The position numbers and the translations under genes are program-made. The notes beneath the pieces are model-generated. The model was given only the letters and a program-made list of their open reading frames with translations. It was not told the DNA's origin and searched no databases. 64,000 nt of DNA from an uncultured Acidimicrobiales bacterium. GTDB lineage: Bacteria; Actinomycetota; Acidimicrobiia; Acidimicrobiales; DATKAS01. The stretch covers positions 79,688 through 143,687 of the forward strand of contig CAVVET010000029.1 of assembly GCA_963747215.1 (NCBI GenBank), read 5' to 3'. Below, piece after piece: positions 54,544 to 64,000 of the stretch (position 1 is its first letter; each line of letters starts with the position of its first letter).

Positions 54544-55166
54544 TCAGCCCTCGGGTCGCGGCTCGAGCGCCGCGCGGAAGAACCCTCGGACGTGCACCGC
54601 ACGCTCTTCGAGCGCTTCCGGCTCGAGCGGATCGCGATCGATCAACCCTTCGAGGAACGGGAGATCGCTGAAGTAGCTCAGGAGTGCGCCGTACCCCGTG
54701 AGGAGGAGTTGCACCGGGTCGTGCCGTCGAAACGTCCCGCGTTCATCTCGCGCTCGAGATAGCCGACAGCCCGATCGAAGAGCGGACGCAGCGAGGCCGC
54801 GAGGTCGATGCCGAGATGGCCTTCGCCGTCGAGCGCCTCGCGACGCATGATGCGAACGAACTCGGGGTTCTCCTTGAAGAACGCGAAGCTCACGTCGAGC
54901 ACGAAGTCGACTTGCTGCCATCCGCCCCGATCGAGGTCCACCGCCTCGGCGACTCGCAGGAACCAGTCGGAGAGGGCTCGCTCGAACACCTCGCGGTAGA
55001 GCGCCTCTTTGGACGCGAAGTGGTGGAGGAGGCTGGGACGGCGGATGCCGACGCCCGCCGCGATGTCGTTCAGCGAGGTGCCCTCGTAACCCTGGTCGGC
55101 GAAGCACCGCAATGCCTCGGCGATGATGGCCTCACGCGTCGAAGGCACGTGCTCGCTCGCTGGCAT
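54544..55166 (-). pseudogene. TetR/AcrR family transcriptional regulator, frameshift near 54715
   Basis: [48 protein letters not shown] (HTH) in ORF 54678-55166. The C-terminus ...[20 protein letters not shown]... is in ORF 54544-55107. Confidence 0.8.
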
Positions 55167-55200
55167 CTGGAATGCAGCGTACTCCGAGGCACCCTCGCTG

Positions 55201-55220
55201 CCTACCGACCGGTCGGTAGG
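55201..55220. promoter_or_regulatory. Perfect 20-bp palindrome, probable TetR operator
   Basis: CCTACCGACCGGTCGGTAGG equals its own reverse complement. It sits in the 74-nt gap between the divergent TetR (start 55166) and desaturase (start 55241) genes. Confidence 0.7.
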
Positions 55221-55240
55221 CCAGATAGGCTCCTCAGGTC

Positions 55241-55996
55241 ATGTGGGTCAACCTCCTCGTCGCTCTCACAGTGGGCTTCCTGGTCACGATGTTGGCCAAT
55301 CTGGCCACCACGATCTACCTCCACCGGACGCTCGCTCACCGTGCGATGACGATGCGACCGGGCCTTGCGTGGTTCTTCCGCCTCGTCATCTGGATGAGCG
55401 TCGGCATCAAGCCCCGCCAGTGGGTCGCCGTCCATCGCAAGCATCACGCCTTCACCGACGTCGAGGGTGATCCCCACTCCCCCGCGTTGCTCGGCTGGGT
55501 CCGCGTGCAGCTCACGAACGTCGGGCTGTACCGCAAGGTCGCCAACGATCCCGAGCAGGTCGCCCGTTACGCACGCGACCTCCCCCCCGATCGTTGGGAC
55601 AAATACCTCTTCGATCACTCGTTCCTCGGTCTCGGTCTCGGCATCGTGCTTCTCTGTGTCCTGCTCGGACCGGTGTGGGGCATCGTCGCCGCGCTGTTCC
55701 ACACGGTCACCTATGTGGGGTTGAGTGGCGCGGTGAACGCGGTCGGCCACACGTTCGGCCGCCAGCCCTTCGACAACTCCGCGACGAACCTGCAGTGGCT
55801 CGCCTTCCTCACCGCGGGTGAGGGTCTCCACAACAATCACCATGCGGCGCCCACGTCGGCGAAGCTCTCGCACCGCAAGGTCGAGATCGATCCGGCATGG
55901 TGGTTCATCGCGACGTTCCGCAAGCTCGGTTGGGTGAAGATCCGGCTCGACAAGGTCGTGCTCGCGCCCAGCCAGGCGAGCCGCACCGCCGCCTGA
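55241..55996 (+). CDS. Membrane acyl-CoA (delta-9-type) fatty acid desaturase
   Basis: Three histidine boxes are present: HRTLAH, HRKHH and HNNHH. TM helices are present. Intact. Confidence 0.85.
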   Translation: MWVNLLVALTVGFLVTMLANLATTIYLHRTLAHRAMTMRPGLAWFFRLVIWMSVGIKPRQWVAVHRKHHAFTDVEGDPHSPALLGWVRVQLTNVGLYRKVANDPEQVARYARDLPPDRWDKYLFDHSFLGLGLGIVLLCVLLGPVWGIVAALFHTVTYVGLSGAVNAVGHTFGRQPFDNSATNLQWLAFLTAGEGLHNNHHAAPTSAKLSHRKVEIDPAWWFIATFRKLGWVKIRLDKVVLAPSQASRTAA

Positions 55997-56003
55997 GCGC
56001 CGC

Positions 56004-57101
56004 ATGGCCGCAATCGCCGCGGCCCGTGTCGTGACACCGACGGGGATTCTCACCCCTGGTGTCGTCGACGTGGACGAGACCAGCGGACTCGTCGTCGACG
56101 TCGCCCCGACGAGTGGTCGAGTCCGCGACGCCGTTCTCGCCGCGGGGTTCGTCGACCTCCAGGTCAACGGCATCGACGACGTGGACGTCGCCCACGCGAG
56201 CGACGCGGACTGGGGTCGGCTCGACGCACTGCTTGCCGCACAAGGCACCACGACGTGGTGTCCGACCCTGGTCACGGCCCCGCTGACCGCCTACTCGTCG
56301 AGGCTGGAGAACGTCCAACGAGCCGCGACACGCGCCGGCACGCGTCCCCACATCGCGGGAGCACACCTCGAAGGGCCGTTCCTCGGCGGCGCTCCCGGCG
56401 CCCACCGTCGCGAGCTGATCGTGGCTCCCGATCTCCCCTGGATCGAAGACCTCCCCGATGTCGTCACGCTGATGACAGTCGGCGCGGAGGCCGAAGGCGC
56501 CCTCGAGGCGATCACCGCGCTCACGCGACGGGGGATCCTCGTCTCGATCGGCCACTCCGCGGCAAGCCATGCGCAGACCGAGGCGGCAATCGACACGGGT
56601 GCGCGACTCGTCACCCACCTCTTCAACGGGATGCCGCCTCTGCATCACCGAGATCCCGGTCTCCTCGGCACCGCGCTCACAGACGACCGCCTCACCGCCT
56701 CGCTGATCGCTGATCTCGTCCACGTCGATCCGGTCGCCATCGCGCTCGCGTTCCGCGCCAAGGGAGCAAGACGGGTCGCGCTCATCACCGACACGGTCGC
56801 GTGGAGGGCGGGAGCAATTGGCGACTCGCCGTTGCGCATCGTGGACGGCGCCCCCCGGCTTGCGAACGGCACGCTCGCGGGGAGCACCTTGACGATGGAC
56901 CGCGCCGTCGCCAACGTCGTCCAGTCGTGCAACGTCTCGCTGACCGACGCGCTCACTTCGGCGTCGAGGACACCTGCAGCGCTCATGGGGCTGCAGGACC
57001 GCGGCATCCTCGAGGTCGGACGCCGCGGCGACCTCGTTGCTCTCGACGACGACCTGCGCTGCCGGGCTACGTGGATCGCCGGCGTGCAGGTGCACGGCTG
57101 A
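56004..57101 (+). CDS. nagA: N-acetylglucosamine-6-phosphate deacetylase
   Basis: GFVDLQVNG...AGAHLEGPFL...VSIGHSAA...THLFNGM..LHHRDPG...ALITD shows the amidohydrolase NagA motifs. Confidence 0.85.
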   Translation: MAAIAAARVVTPTGILTPGVVDVDETSGLVVDVAPTSGRVRDAVLAAGFVDLQVNGIDDVDVAHASDADWGRLDALLAAQGTTTWCPTLVTAPLTAYSSRLENVQRAATRAGTRPHIAGAHLEGPFLGGAPGAHRRELIVAPDLPWIEDLPDVVTLMTVGAEAEGALEAITALTRRGILVSIGHSAASHAQTEAAIDTGARLVTHLFNGMPPLHHRDPGLLGTALTDDRLTASLIADLVHVDPVAIALAFRAKGARRVALITDTVAWRAGAIGDSPLRIVDGAPRLANGTLAGSTLTMDRAVANVVQSCNVSLTDALTSASRTPAALMGLQDRGILEVGRRGDLVALDDDLRCRATWIAGVQVHG

Positions 57102-57134
57102 CCCACCACCGGGGTTGCCGCCTACGGTGGCGGC

Positions 57135-57518
57135 ATGGACATCGTGTCGGCGCTGTTCGTCGAGTCGTTCAACATGCGAGCGGCGCCCGGGCCGTCGACG
57201 CGGATCGACATCACCGGGGCGTTCTTCTCGATGGCCGCGCCCGCACCGGTACCGGTCTCCCTCGAGCCCCACCTGCTCGTGCTCATCCGATGCCCGGAGG
57301 ACGATCCCGGCAACGGCGTCCTCGAGGTGGTGTTCTTCCGTGGCGACGAACAGGTCGCGCGGAACGTGTCGCCGTTCACCGTCGAGCCCGGCAAGTTCAC
57401 CTACCGACTGGTGCGAGCCGAGCTCGAGTTCTCGGAGTACGGCACCGTCGAGGCCCACTGCCGGATCGGCCAGGGCCCCTTCACGGTCGTGCCACTCACC
57501 CTTCTCCCTCCCGAATAA
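57135..57518 (+). CDS. Hypothetical protein (127 aa)
   Basis: Clean ORF with GC-typical codon use between nagA and the FIST gene. No family recognised. Confidence 0.4.
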   Translation: MDIVSALFVESFNMRAAPGPSTRIDITGAFFSMAAPAPVPVSLEPHLLVLIRCPEDDPGNGVLEVVFFRGDEQVARNVSPFTVEPGKFTYRLVRAELEFSEYGTVEAHCRIGQGPFTVVPLTLLPPE

Positions 57519-57529
57519 CGCGAAGCCCG

Positions 57530-58703
57530 ATGCCGTTCGCCGCCGCCCTCTCCGAGCACCCCCTGGCCACGCACGCGACCGGCGAGGCGGTTGGCGAGGT
57601 GATCGAGCGGCTGCACCTCGAACACGGTGAGCCCGTCGACCTCGCGGTCGTCTTCGTCACAGCACCGCATGCAGGTGTGCTCGAAGATGTCGCTGCCACC
57701 GTCCGCACGCTGTTGCGTCCCCGCGCCCTCCTGGGCTGCGCGGCCGTCTCGGTGCTCGCGGGATCCCATGAGGCCGAGGAGGTCGCGGCGGTGTCGCTGT
57801 TCGCGGCGAGGTGGGCGCGGCCGACGCCCATCGCCCCGCTGCCGGTCTGGCTTCCGGAGGGCGTCGATGTCGAGTCGTGGGTGGCCACCTCGCCCCTCGC
57901 CGATGCGAAGCCGGGCAGCACGCTGCTTCTCCTCGCGGACCCCTTCACCGTGCCCGCCCGCGAGCTCCTGTCGACGATCGCCGAGCGAGCGCCCGGGCTG
58001 GCCATCGTCGGTGGAATGGCCTCGGCGGCGCAGGGCCCGGGCGGCAATCGGCTGGTGCTCGACGACCGCCTCCTCACCGGTGGAGGCGTCGGAGTGCTGC
58101 TCGACTCCTCGATCGGCGTTGCGCACGCTCGTCTCTCAGGGCTGCCGGCCGATCGGTTCGCCGCTCATCGTCACGAAGTCGGAGCGGAACGTCCTCTATG
58201 AGATCGGCGGCGAGAACGCCCTGCAGCGGCTCGTCGAGAGCGTGCAGTCGCTGCCGCCCGAGGAGATCGCGCTCGCCTCGAACGGCCTCCATCTCGGACG
58301 CGCCGTGGACGAGTCCAAGATCGACTTCGCGCGGGGCGACTTCGTGATCCGCAACGTGGTCGGCGTCGACCGAGAGAACGGCGCGGTCGCGGTCGGCGAC
58401 CTGGTCGACGTCGGGACGACCGTCCAGTTCCACATCCGCGACGCCGTCTCCGCTGACGAGGACTTGACGGAGATGATGGAGGGCGTTCGGGCCGACGGCG
58501 CTCTGGTCTTCACGTGCAATGGTCGAGGCGTTCGGTTCTTCGGAGATCCGGATCACGACGCCGCGGCGGTGACCGACGCGCTCGGCCACCGCGCGGTGGC
58601 CGGCATGTTCTGCGCGGGCGAGCTCGGGCCGATCGGTGGGCAGAACTTCCTTCACGGCTACACCGCCTCCATCGCTCTCTTCACCGACGAACCGGCTGGA
58701 TAG
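57530..58703 (+). pseudogene. FIST N/C domain signal-transduction protein, frameshift near 58120
   Basis: N-terminus from ATG 57530 (MPFAAALSEHPLATHATGEAVGEV...DLAVVFVT.PH...) in the frame of ORF 56801-58201. The C-terminus (...GCRPIGSPLIVTKSERNVLYEIGG..AL..L...LVFTCNGRG...FGDPDHDA...AGMFCAGELGP) is in ORF 57627-58703. Confidence 0.7.
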
Positions 58704-58758
58704 GGTGGGCGCGCGGGCGGGTACGTCCGCCGTGCGACCGTCGGGAAAGGGGCCCCGC

Positions 58759-60732
58759 GTGCCCGTTGCGGAGATCGAGCAGCTCGGCATCAATGTGATC
58801 CGCGGCTTCGCCATGGACGCGCCACAGCGCGCGAACTCCGGGCATCCCGGCACCGCGATGGCGCTCGCCCCCCTCGCGCACGTGCTCTGGACGCGGGTCA
58901 TGAAGTACGACCCGACCGACCCGAAGTGGCCCGACCGCGATCGCTTCGTGCTGTCCAACGGACACACGTCGATCCTCCTGTACTCGATGCTCCACCTCAC
59001 GGGCTTCGGGCTCGAGAAGGAAGACCTCGAGCAGTTCCGACAGTGGGGCAGCCGTACTCCGGGGCATCCGGAGAACTTCGTGACGTCGGGCGTCGAGGTG
59101 ACCACCGGGCCGCTCGGCCAGGGTTTCGCGAACGGCGTCGGCATGGGCATCGCGGAGCGCTACCTGCGGACGCGCTTCGGCAGCGACATCGTCAGCCACC
59201 ACACGTTCGTCATCGCGGGCGACGGGTGTCTCGAGGAAGGCATCAGCCACGAAGCCGCCTCGCTCGCGGGCCACCTGGGCCTCGGCCGGCTCGTCTATGT
59301 CTACGACGACAACCACATCACGATCGACGGCCCGACCGAGCTCTCTTACAGCGACGACGCCGGGAAGCGCTTCGAGGCCTACGGCTGGCATGTCGAGAAC
59401 GTGGGCGAGGCCGCGAACGACGTCGACCGTCTCGAAGAGGCGATCCAGCGAGCGATGGCCGAAGAAGACCGGCCCTCGCTCATCATCCTTCGCAGCCACA
59501 TCGGCTATCCGTCGCCGAACAAGACCGACACTGCCGATGCACACGGCAATCCGCTCGGACCCGAGGAGATCGCGCTCACGAAGGCGCGGCTCGGCCTGCC
59601 GAACGAAGACTTCTACTGCCCGCCCGACGTCCTCGATTGGTACCGCGGCATCGGGATGCGCCAACGGCTTCACCGAGTGCGCGTGGGATGAACGCCTCGC
59701 GGAGTGGAAGGGCGACCGTGATGCCCTCGACGCGATGTGGCAGGGGCGCGGCGTCACCGGTTGGGAGACGAAGCTCCCCACGTTCAGCGTCGGCGAGAAG
59801 CTCGCGACTCGGCGCGCGATGTCGGCATGCCTGAACGCGACGCTCGAGGTCGTACCCGGCGTGATGGCCGGAGGGGCCGACCTCACGGAGAACACGGGCA
59901 CCGACCTGCACGGCGAGGACCGCCAATCGCCTGACAAAGCCTGCCGGTCGCCAGATCCGCTTCGGCATCCGTGAGCACGGCATGGGCGGGATCATGGTCG
60001 GGATGGCACACCACGGCGGCGTGCTCCCGGTCGGGTGGCACGTTCTTCGTGTTCAGCGACTACATGAGGGGCGCCGCCCGGCTGGCAGCGTTGTCGGAGG
60101 CGAAATGTGTGTTCGTGTGGACGCACGACTCCGTCGGCCTCGGCGAAGACGGGCCCACCCACCAGCCGATCGAACACCTCGCGTCGCTGCGCGCGATGCC
60201 GCAGCTGCGCATGATCCGGCCGGCGGACGCGAACGAGACGGTGCAGGCGTGGCGCATCGCCGTCGACTCCGACGGGCCGACCGCGCTGATCCTCACGCGA
60301 CAGGCCGTGCCGGTGCTCGAAGGCACGGCGGAAGGAGAGGTCGAACGGGGCGCGTACGTCCTCGTCGACGCGCCCCGCCGGCAACCCCAGCTCGTGCTGA
60401 TCGGCACCGGCAGCGAAGTGTCGGTGTGCGTCGAGGCGGCCGCGACCCTGAAAGCTGAAGGCGTCGCCACCCGCGTCGTGTCGATGCCCTCGTGGGACCT
60501 CTTCGCCGCGCAGCCGAAGGAGTACCGCGACGGGGTGCTCCCTCCTGCGGTGCCGCGACTCTCCGTCGAAGCCGCATCGACGCTCGGGTGGGAGCGCTAC
60601 GCGCACGCGTCCGTCGGCATCGACCGGTTCGGCGCCTCTGCACCCGGGCAGGTCGCGCTGGACAAGCTCGGCATCAACCCCGCCCACGTGGTCGAGCAGG
60701 CCCGTGCGCTGTTGGAAAGGACACCGGCATGA
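58759..60732 (+). pseudogene. tkt: Transketolase, at least 3 frameshifts (about 59655, about 59925 and 59975-60030)
   Basis: INVIRGFAMDAPQRANSGHPGTAMALAP...FVLSNGH...GPLGQGFANGVGMG...IAGDGCLEEGISHEA in ORF 58636-59691. The middle is in ORF 59297-59974. The C-terminus ...FVFSDYMRGAARLAAL...VWTHDSVGLGEDGPTHQPIEHLASLRA... is in ORF 59971-60732. Confidence 0.9.
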
Positions 60733-61829
60733 GCCGCTTGGGTCAACTCTTCGACGAGCAGGGGCAGAGCCCTTGGCTCGACAACCTCAAGCGGGGCTAT
60801 CTGACGAGCGGCCAGCTGACCACGCTGGTGAACGACGGCATCCGCGGCCTGACGTCGAACCCGACGATCCTCCAGAAGGCGATCCAGGGATCGCCGGACT
60901 ACGACGAGCAGTTCAAGGAGCTCGCAGTCGACGACAAGCCGGTGACCGACGACTACTGGGCGCTCGTTCTCCAAGACATCAACGGCGCCCTCGACGTGTT
61001 CACGCCGCTGTACGAGCAGAGCGGGGGACGGGACGGATTCGCGTCCGTCGAAGTGTCGCCGAATCTCGCGCGCGACACCGAAGGCACGATCGCGTCCGCG
61101 CGCGATCTGCACCAGCGGATCAACCGTCCGAACCTCTTCGTGAAGATCCCAGCGACCGCGGAAGGGGTACCGGCGATCAAGCAGATGATCAGCGAAGGTC
61201 GCAGCATCAACGTGACGCTGATCTTCAGCCTGGATCGCTACGCGGATGTCATGGAGGCGTACATCTCCGGGCTCGAGGCATGCGACGGCGACCTCTCCCG
61301 AGTCGCGAGCGTGGGATCGTTCTTCATCAGCCGCGTCGACACCGAGGTCGACCGGCGACTCGAAGCGGTCGGAACGCCCGAGGCGCTCGCCCGTCGCGGC
61401 AAGGCCGCGGTGGCCCAGGGCAAGCTCGCCTACAAGCTGTTCAGGGAGACGTTCGCCGGTGCTCGGTGGGAGGCCCTCGAGGCCCGCGGGGCACGCGTGC
61501 AGCGGCCGCTCTGGGCGTCGACGTCCACCAAGAACCCCGCCTACCCCGACACGCTGTACGTCGACGAGCTGATCGGCCCGGACACGGTGAACACGATGCC
61601 GGACCAGACCATCGAGCTGTTCGAGGACCATGGCACCGTCGCCCGCACCGTCGATGCTCGCCTCGACGAGGCCGAGGCGGATTGGGGTGCCCTCGCCTCG
61701 TTCGGCATCGACGTCGACGACGTCGCGAGGGTGCTCGAGGAAGAGGGCCTGTCGAGCTTCGTCAAGTCGTTCGAGGAGCTCCTCGCCGCGCTCCAGGAAA
61801 AGGCGGACGAGATCGCCGCGCAGATGTGA
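60729..61829 (+). CDS. tal: Transaldolase (long actinobacterial type)
   Basis: GQSPWLDNLKR...GLTSNPTI...FVSVEVSP-like (FASVEVSP)...LFVKIPAT.EG..AI...GRSINVTLIFS. The ATG overlaps the tkt stop (ATGA). Intact. Confidence 0.9.
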   Translation: MSRLGQLFDEQGQSPWLDNLKRGYLTSGQLTTLVNDGIRGLTSNPTILQKAIQGSPDYDEQFKELAVDDKPVTDDYWALVLQDINGALDVFTPLYEQSGGRDGFASVEVSPNLARDTEGTIASARDLHQRINRPNLFVKIPATAEGVPAIKQMISEGRSINVTLIFSLDRYADVMEAYISGLEACDGDLSRVASVGSFFISRVDTEVDRRLEAVGTPEALARRGKAAVAQGKLAYKLFRETFAGARWEALEARGARVQRPLWASTSTKNPAYPDTLYVDELIGPDTVNTMPDQTIELFEDHGTVARTVDARLDEAEADWGALASFGIDVDDVARVLEEEGLSSFVKSFEELLAALQEKADEIAAQM

Positions 61830-61854
61830 CGCGATGGGCAGATAGCGTGCGCCC

Positions 61855-64000
61855 ATGACGCCGGACCTGCTCGACGTTCCGCTGCCCGAGCTCATGGCGA
61901 GAGCACGCCAGATCCGCGATGACGCTCACGGGACGCGGGTCACCTTCTCGCCGAAGGTGTTCATCCCGCTGACGATGCTCTGCCGCGACAAGTGCGGCTA
62001 CTGCACCTTCGCCCAACCTCCGGCGCGGCTCGACTCGCCCTACCTGTCTCCCGAGCAGGTGCTGGCGATCGCCCGGGCGGGCGCCGCCGCCGGTTGCCAC
62101 GAGGCGCTGTTCACGCTGGGCGAGCGCCCCGAGCTTCGGTATCCCGTCGCGGCCGAGTGGCTCGCGGCCAACGGTCACTCGTCGACGCTCGACTACCTCC
62201 ACGCGATGGCACGCCTGGTCCTCGACGAGACGGGGCTCCTGCCCCACGCGAACGCCGGTGCGCTTCACCTCGACGAGCTGGCCGCGCTCCGGGCGGTGTC
62301 ACCGAGCCAGGGGATGATGCTCGAGTCGCTGAACCCCGACCTCGACTGCCACCGGGGTTCGCCGGACAAGACGCCCGAGCGCCGGCTCGCGACGCTCGAC
62401 CACGCCGGCACGCTGCAGATCCCGTTCACCACCGGCATCCTCGTCGGCATCGGCGAGAGCCGCGCCGATCGGGTCGCTGCGCTCGAAGCGATCGCGCGAG
62501 TCCCATCGCACGCACGGCCACGTGCAAGAGGTCATCGTGCAGAACTTCCTTCCGAAGCTCGGCACCTCGATGCATCTCGCTCCGCCGTGCCCTCCTGACG
62601 AGTACCTGTGGTCGATCGCCGCGGCCCGCCTGATCCTGCCGCCCGACATCCACCTGCAGGCGCCGCCGAACCTCTCCGACGACTTCGGGGTGCTTCTCGA
62701 CGCTGGCATCGACGATTGGGGCGGCGTCTCCCCGGTGACCGCGGACCACGTCAACCCCGAACGGCCCTGGCCGGCGCTCGACCGCTTGCGCGACGTCACC
62801 GAAGCGAAGGACTTCGTGCTCGCGCCGCGGCTCGACGATCTACCCGGAGTTCGTGCGCGACCCCGATCGGTGGCTCGACGCGGCGCTGCACTTCGCGGTG
62901 ATGGATCGCTCCGATGCGGAGGGGCTCGGCCGCGATGATCCTGGCGCCGTCTTCCCCGAGCGGGTCGAGTTCGTGAAGCGGCCCGACGAGGGCGCGGATG
63001 TCGAGGTCGTCGGTGATCGATCCACGGCCTGGTACTCGGGCGCCGACGTGCACCCGGTGCTGCTCGTACCGGCGGCGGCCAAGGCTGCGCGGCGCGGTCC
63101 GGGAGGTGCTCGACGGGGTGCTGCTCGGTCAGGAACCCGGCATCGACGAGCTCGCCACGCTTGTTCTCCGCCCGCGGACCCGAGGTGGCCGCCGTCGCGG
63201 AGGTCGCCGACGACCTTCGTCGCGTGACCGTCGGCGACGTCGTCACCTGGGTGCACAACCGCAACATCAACTACACGAACGTGTGCACGTTCAAGTGCCG
63301 GTTCTGCGGCTTCTCGAAAGGCCCGCTCTCGCTGAACCTGCGAGGCACGCCGTACAACCTCACGCTCGACGACATCAAGGAACGGGTCGCCGAGGCTGCC
63401 GACGCTCGGCGCAACCGAGGTCTGCCTGCAGGGCGGCATCCATCCTGACTTCGACGGCGACTACTACATCGACGTCGCCGCGCCGTGAAAGAGGCGGCGC
63501 CCGACATCCACGTCCACGGCTTCACCGCGCTCGAGGTCACCGAAGGCGCGAAGCGCCTCGGCGAACCGCTCGCCGACTACCTGCGCCGGCTGATGGACGC
63601 CGGGCTGCGCACCCTGCCCGGCACCGCGGCCGAGATCCTCGACGACGAAGTCCGCGCGGTGCTGTGCCCCGACAAGATGAACACCGAGGAGTGGCTCGAA
63701 TGCGCACCGCATCGCGCACTCGGTGGGCCTGCGTTCGAACATCACGATCATGTTCGGATCGATCGAGCGCCCGATCTCCTGGGCGCGACACCTCGTGCGC
63801 ACTCGCGACCTGCAGAAGGAGACGGGCGGCTTCACCGAGTTCGTGCCGCTGCCGTTCGTGCACATGGCGGCGCCGATCTACCTCCAGCACAAGGCTCGCC
63901 GCGGCCCGACGTTCCGCGAGTGCCTGCTGCATGCACGCGGTGGGGCGCATCGCCTACCACGGCTGGATCGACAACATCCAAGCCTCGTGGGTGAAGCTCG
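61855..64000 (+). pseudogene. fbiC: FO synthase (7,8-didemethyl-8-hydroxy-5-deazariboflavin synthase, CofG+CofH fusion), multiple frameshifts, 3' end outside window
   Basis: Two radical-SAM boxes are present: CRDKCGYCTF (CofG half) and CTFKCRFCGF (CofH half). The pieces lie in ORFs 61855-62598, 62522-62938, 62853-63227, 63161-63448 and 63485-63994. Sensible hand joins exist, e.g. ...AEAADAGATEVCLQGGIHPDFDGDYY. The frame is still open at 64000. Confidence 0.85.

Noticed and set aside
1-64000. Frame breaks as programmed ribosomal frameshifts or as genuine reductive pseudogenisation
   Set aside because: They occur in about 30 unrelated genes, including essential ones. No shared slippery heptamer or stimulatory structure is present. 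All resolved cases are single-base insertions. The fragments show no stop accumulation or deletions. A sequencing or assembly artefact is the simpler explanation.
1-64000. Prophage, integron, IS element or genomic island
   Set aside because: I found no integrase, transposase, tRNA attachment site or terminal inverted repeats. The only mobile-like gene is the endonuclease VII ORF, which I reported as a finding rather than as a mobile element.

Overview
This is a high-GC (about 68-70% by eye) Actinomycetota chromosome segment, gene-dense and mostly housekeeping. I saw no rRNA, tRNA, CRISPR array, integrase or transposase.

Main content:
- Glycine-cleavage genes at three sites: gcvH, gcvT and gcvP. 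A tandem glycine riboswitch precedes gcvP only.
- The conserved actinobacterial gcvH-FHA-MerR-nuclease-MerR block.
- A minus-strand five-gene operon of eukaryote-like lipid enzymes: PAF-acetylhydrolase-like lipoprotein, sphingosine-1-phosphate-lyase-like PLP enzyme, class II aldolase, PAP2_3/IPC-synthase-like protein and an LLM oxidoreductase.
- helY-tatC-tatB.
- A complete Pup-proteasome locus (arc, dop, pup, prcB, prcA, pafA). Accessory genes interrupt it: an endonuclease VII gene plus a GNAT between pup and prcB, and a lipoprotein plus a DUF2007 gene between prcA and pafA.
- A translationally coupled ThiS-like/TtuA-like/TrmI tRNA T-loop modification trio.
- ADP-forming acyl-CoA synthetase, dacB and a LonN-domain gene.
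- GH84, nagA and a TetR-desaturase pair.
- tkt-tal-fbiC.

The dominant technical feature is roughly 40 single-base frame disruptions in about 30 recognisable genes. Every one I resolved by hand is a +1 insertion. I read these as consensus or assembly errors rather than biology, and typed the affected genes as pseudogene (as sequenced) over their full inferred span.

All frameshift positions are hand-derived and approximate. All family assignments rest on remembered motifs, not searches.
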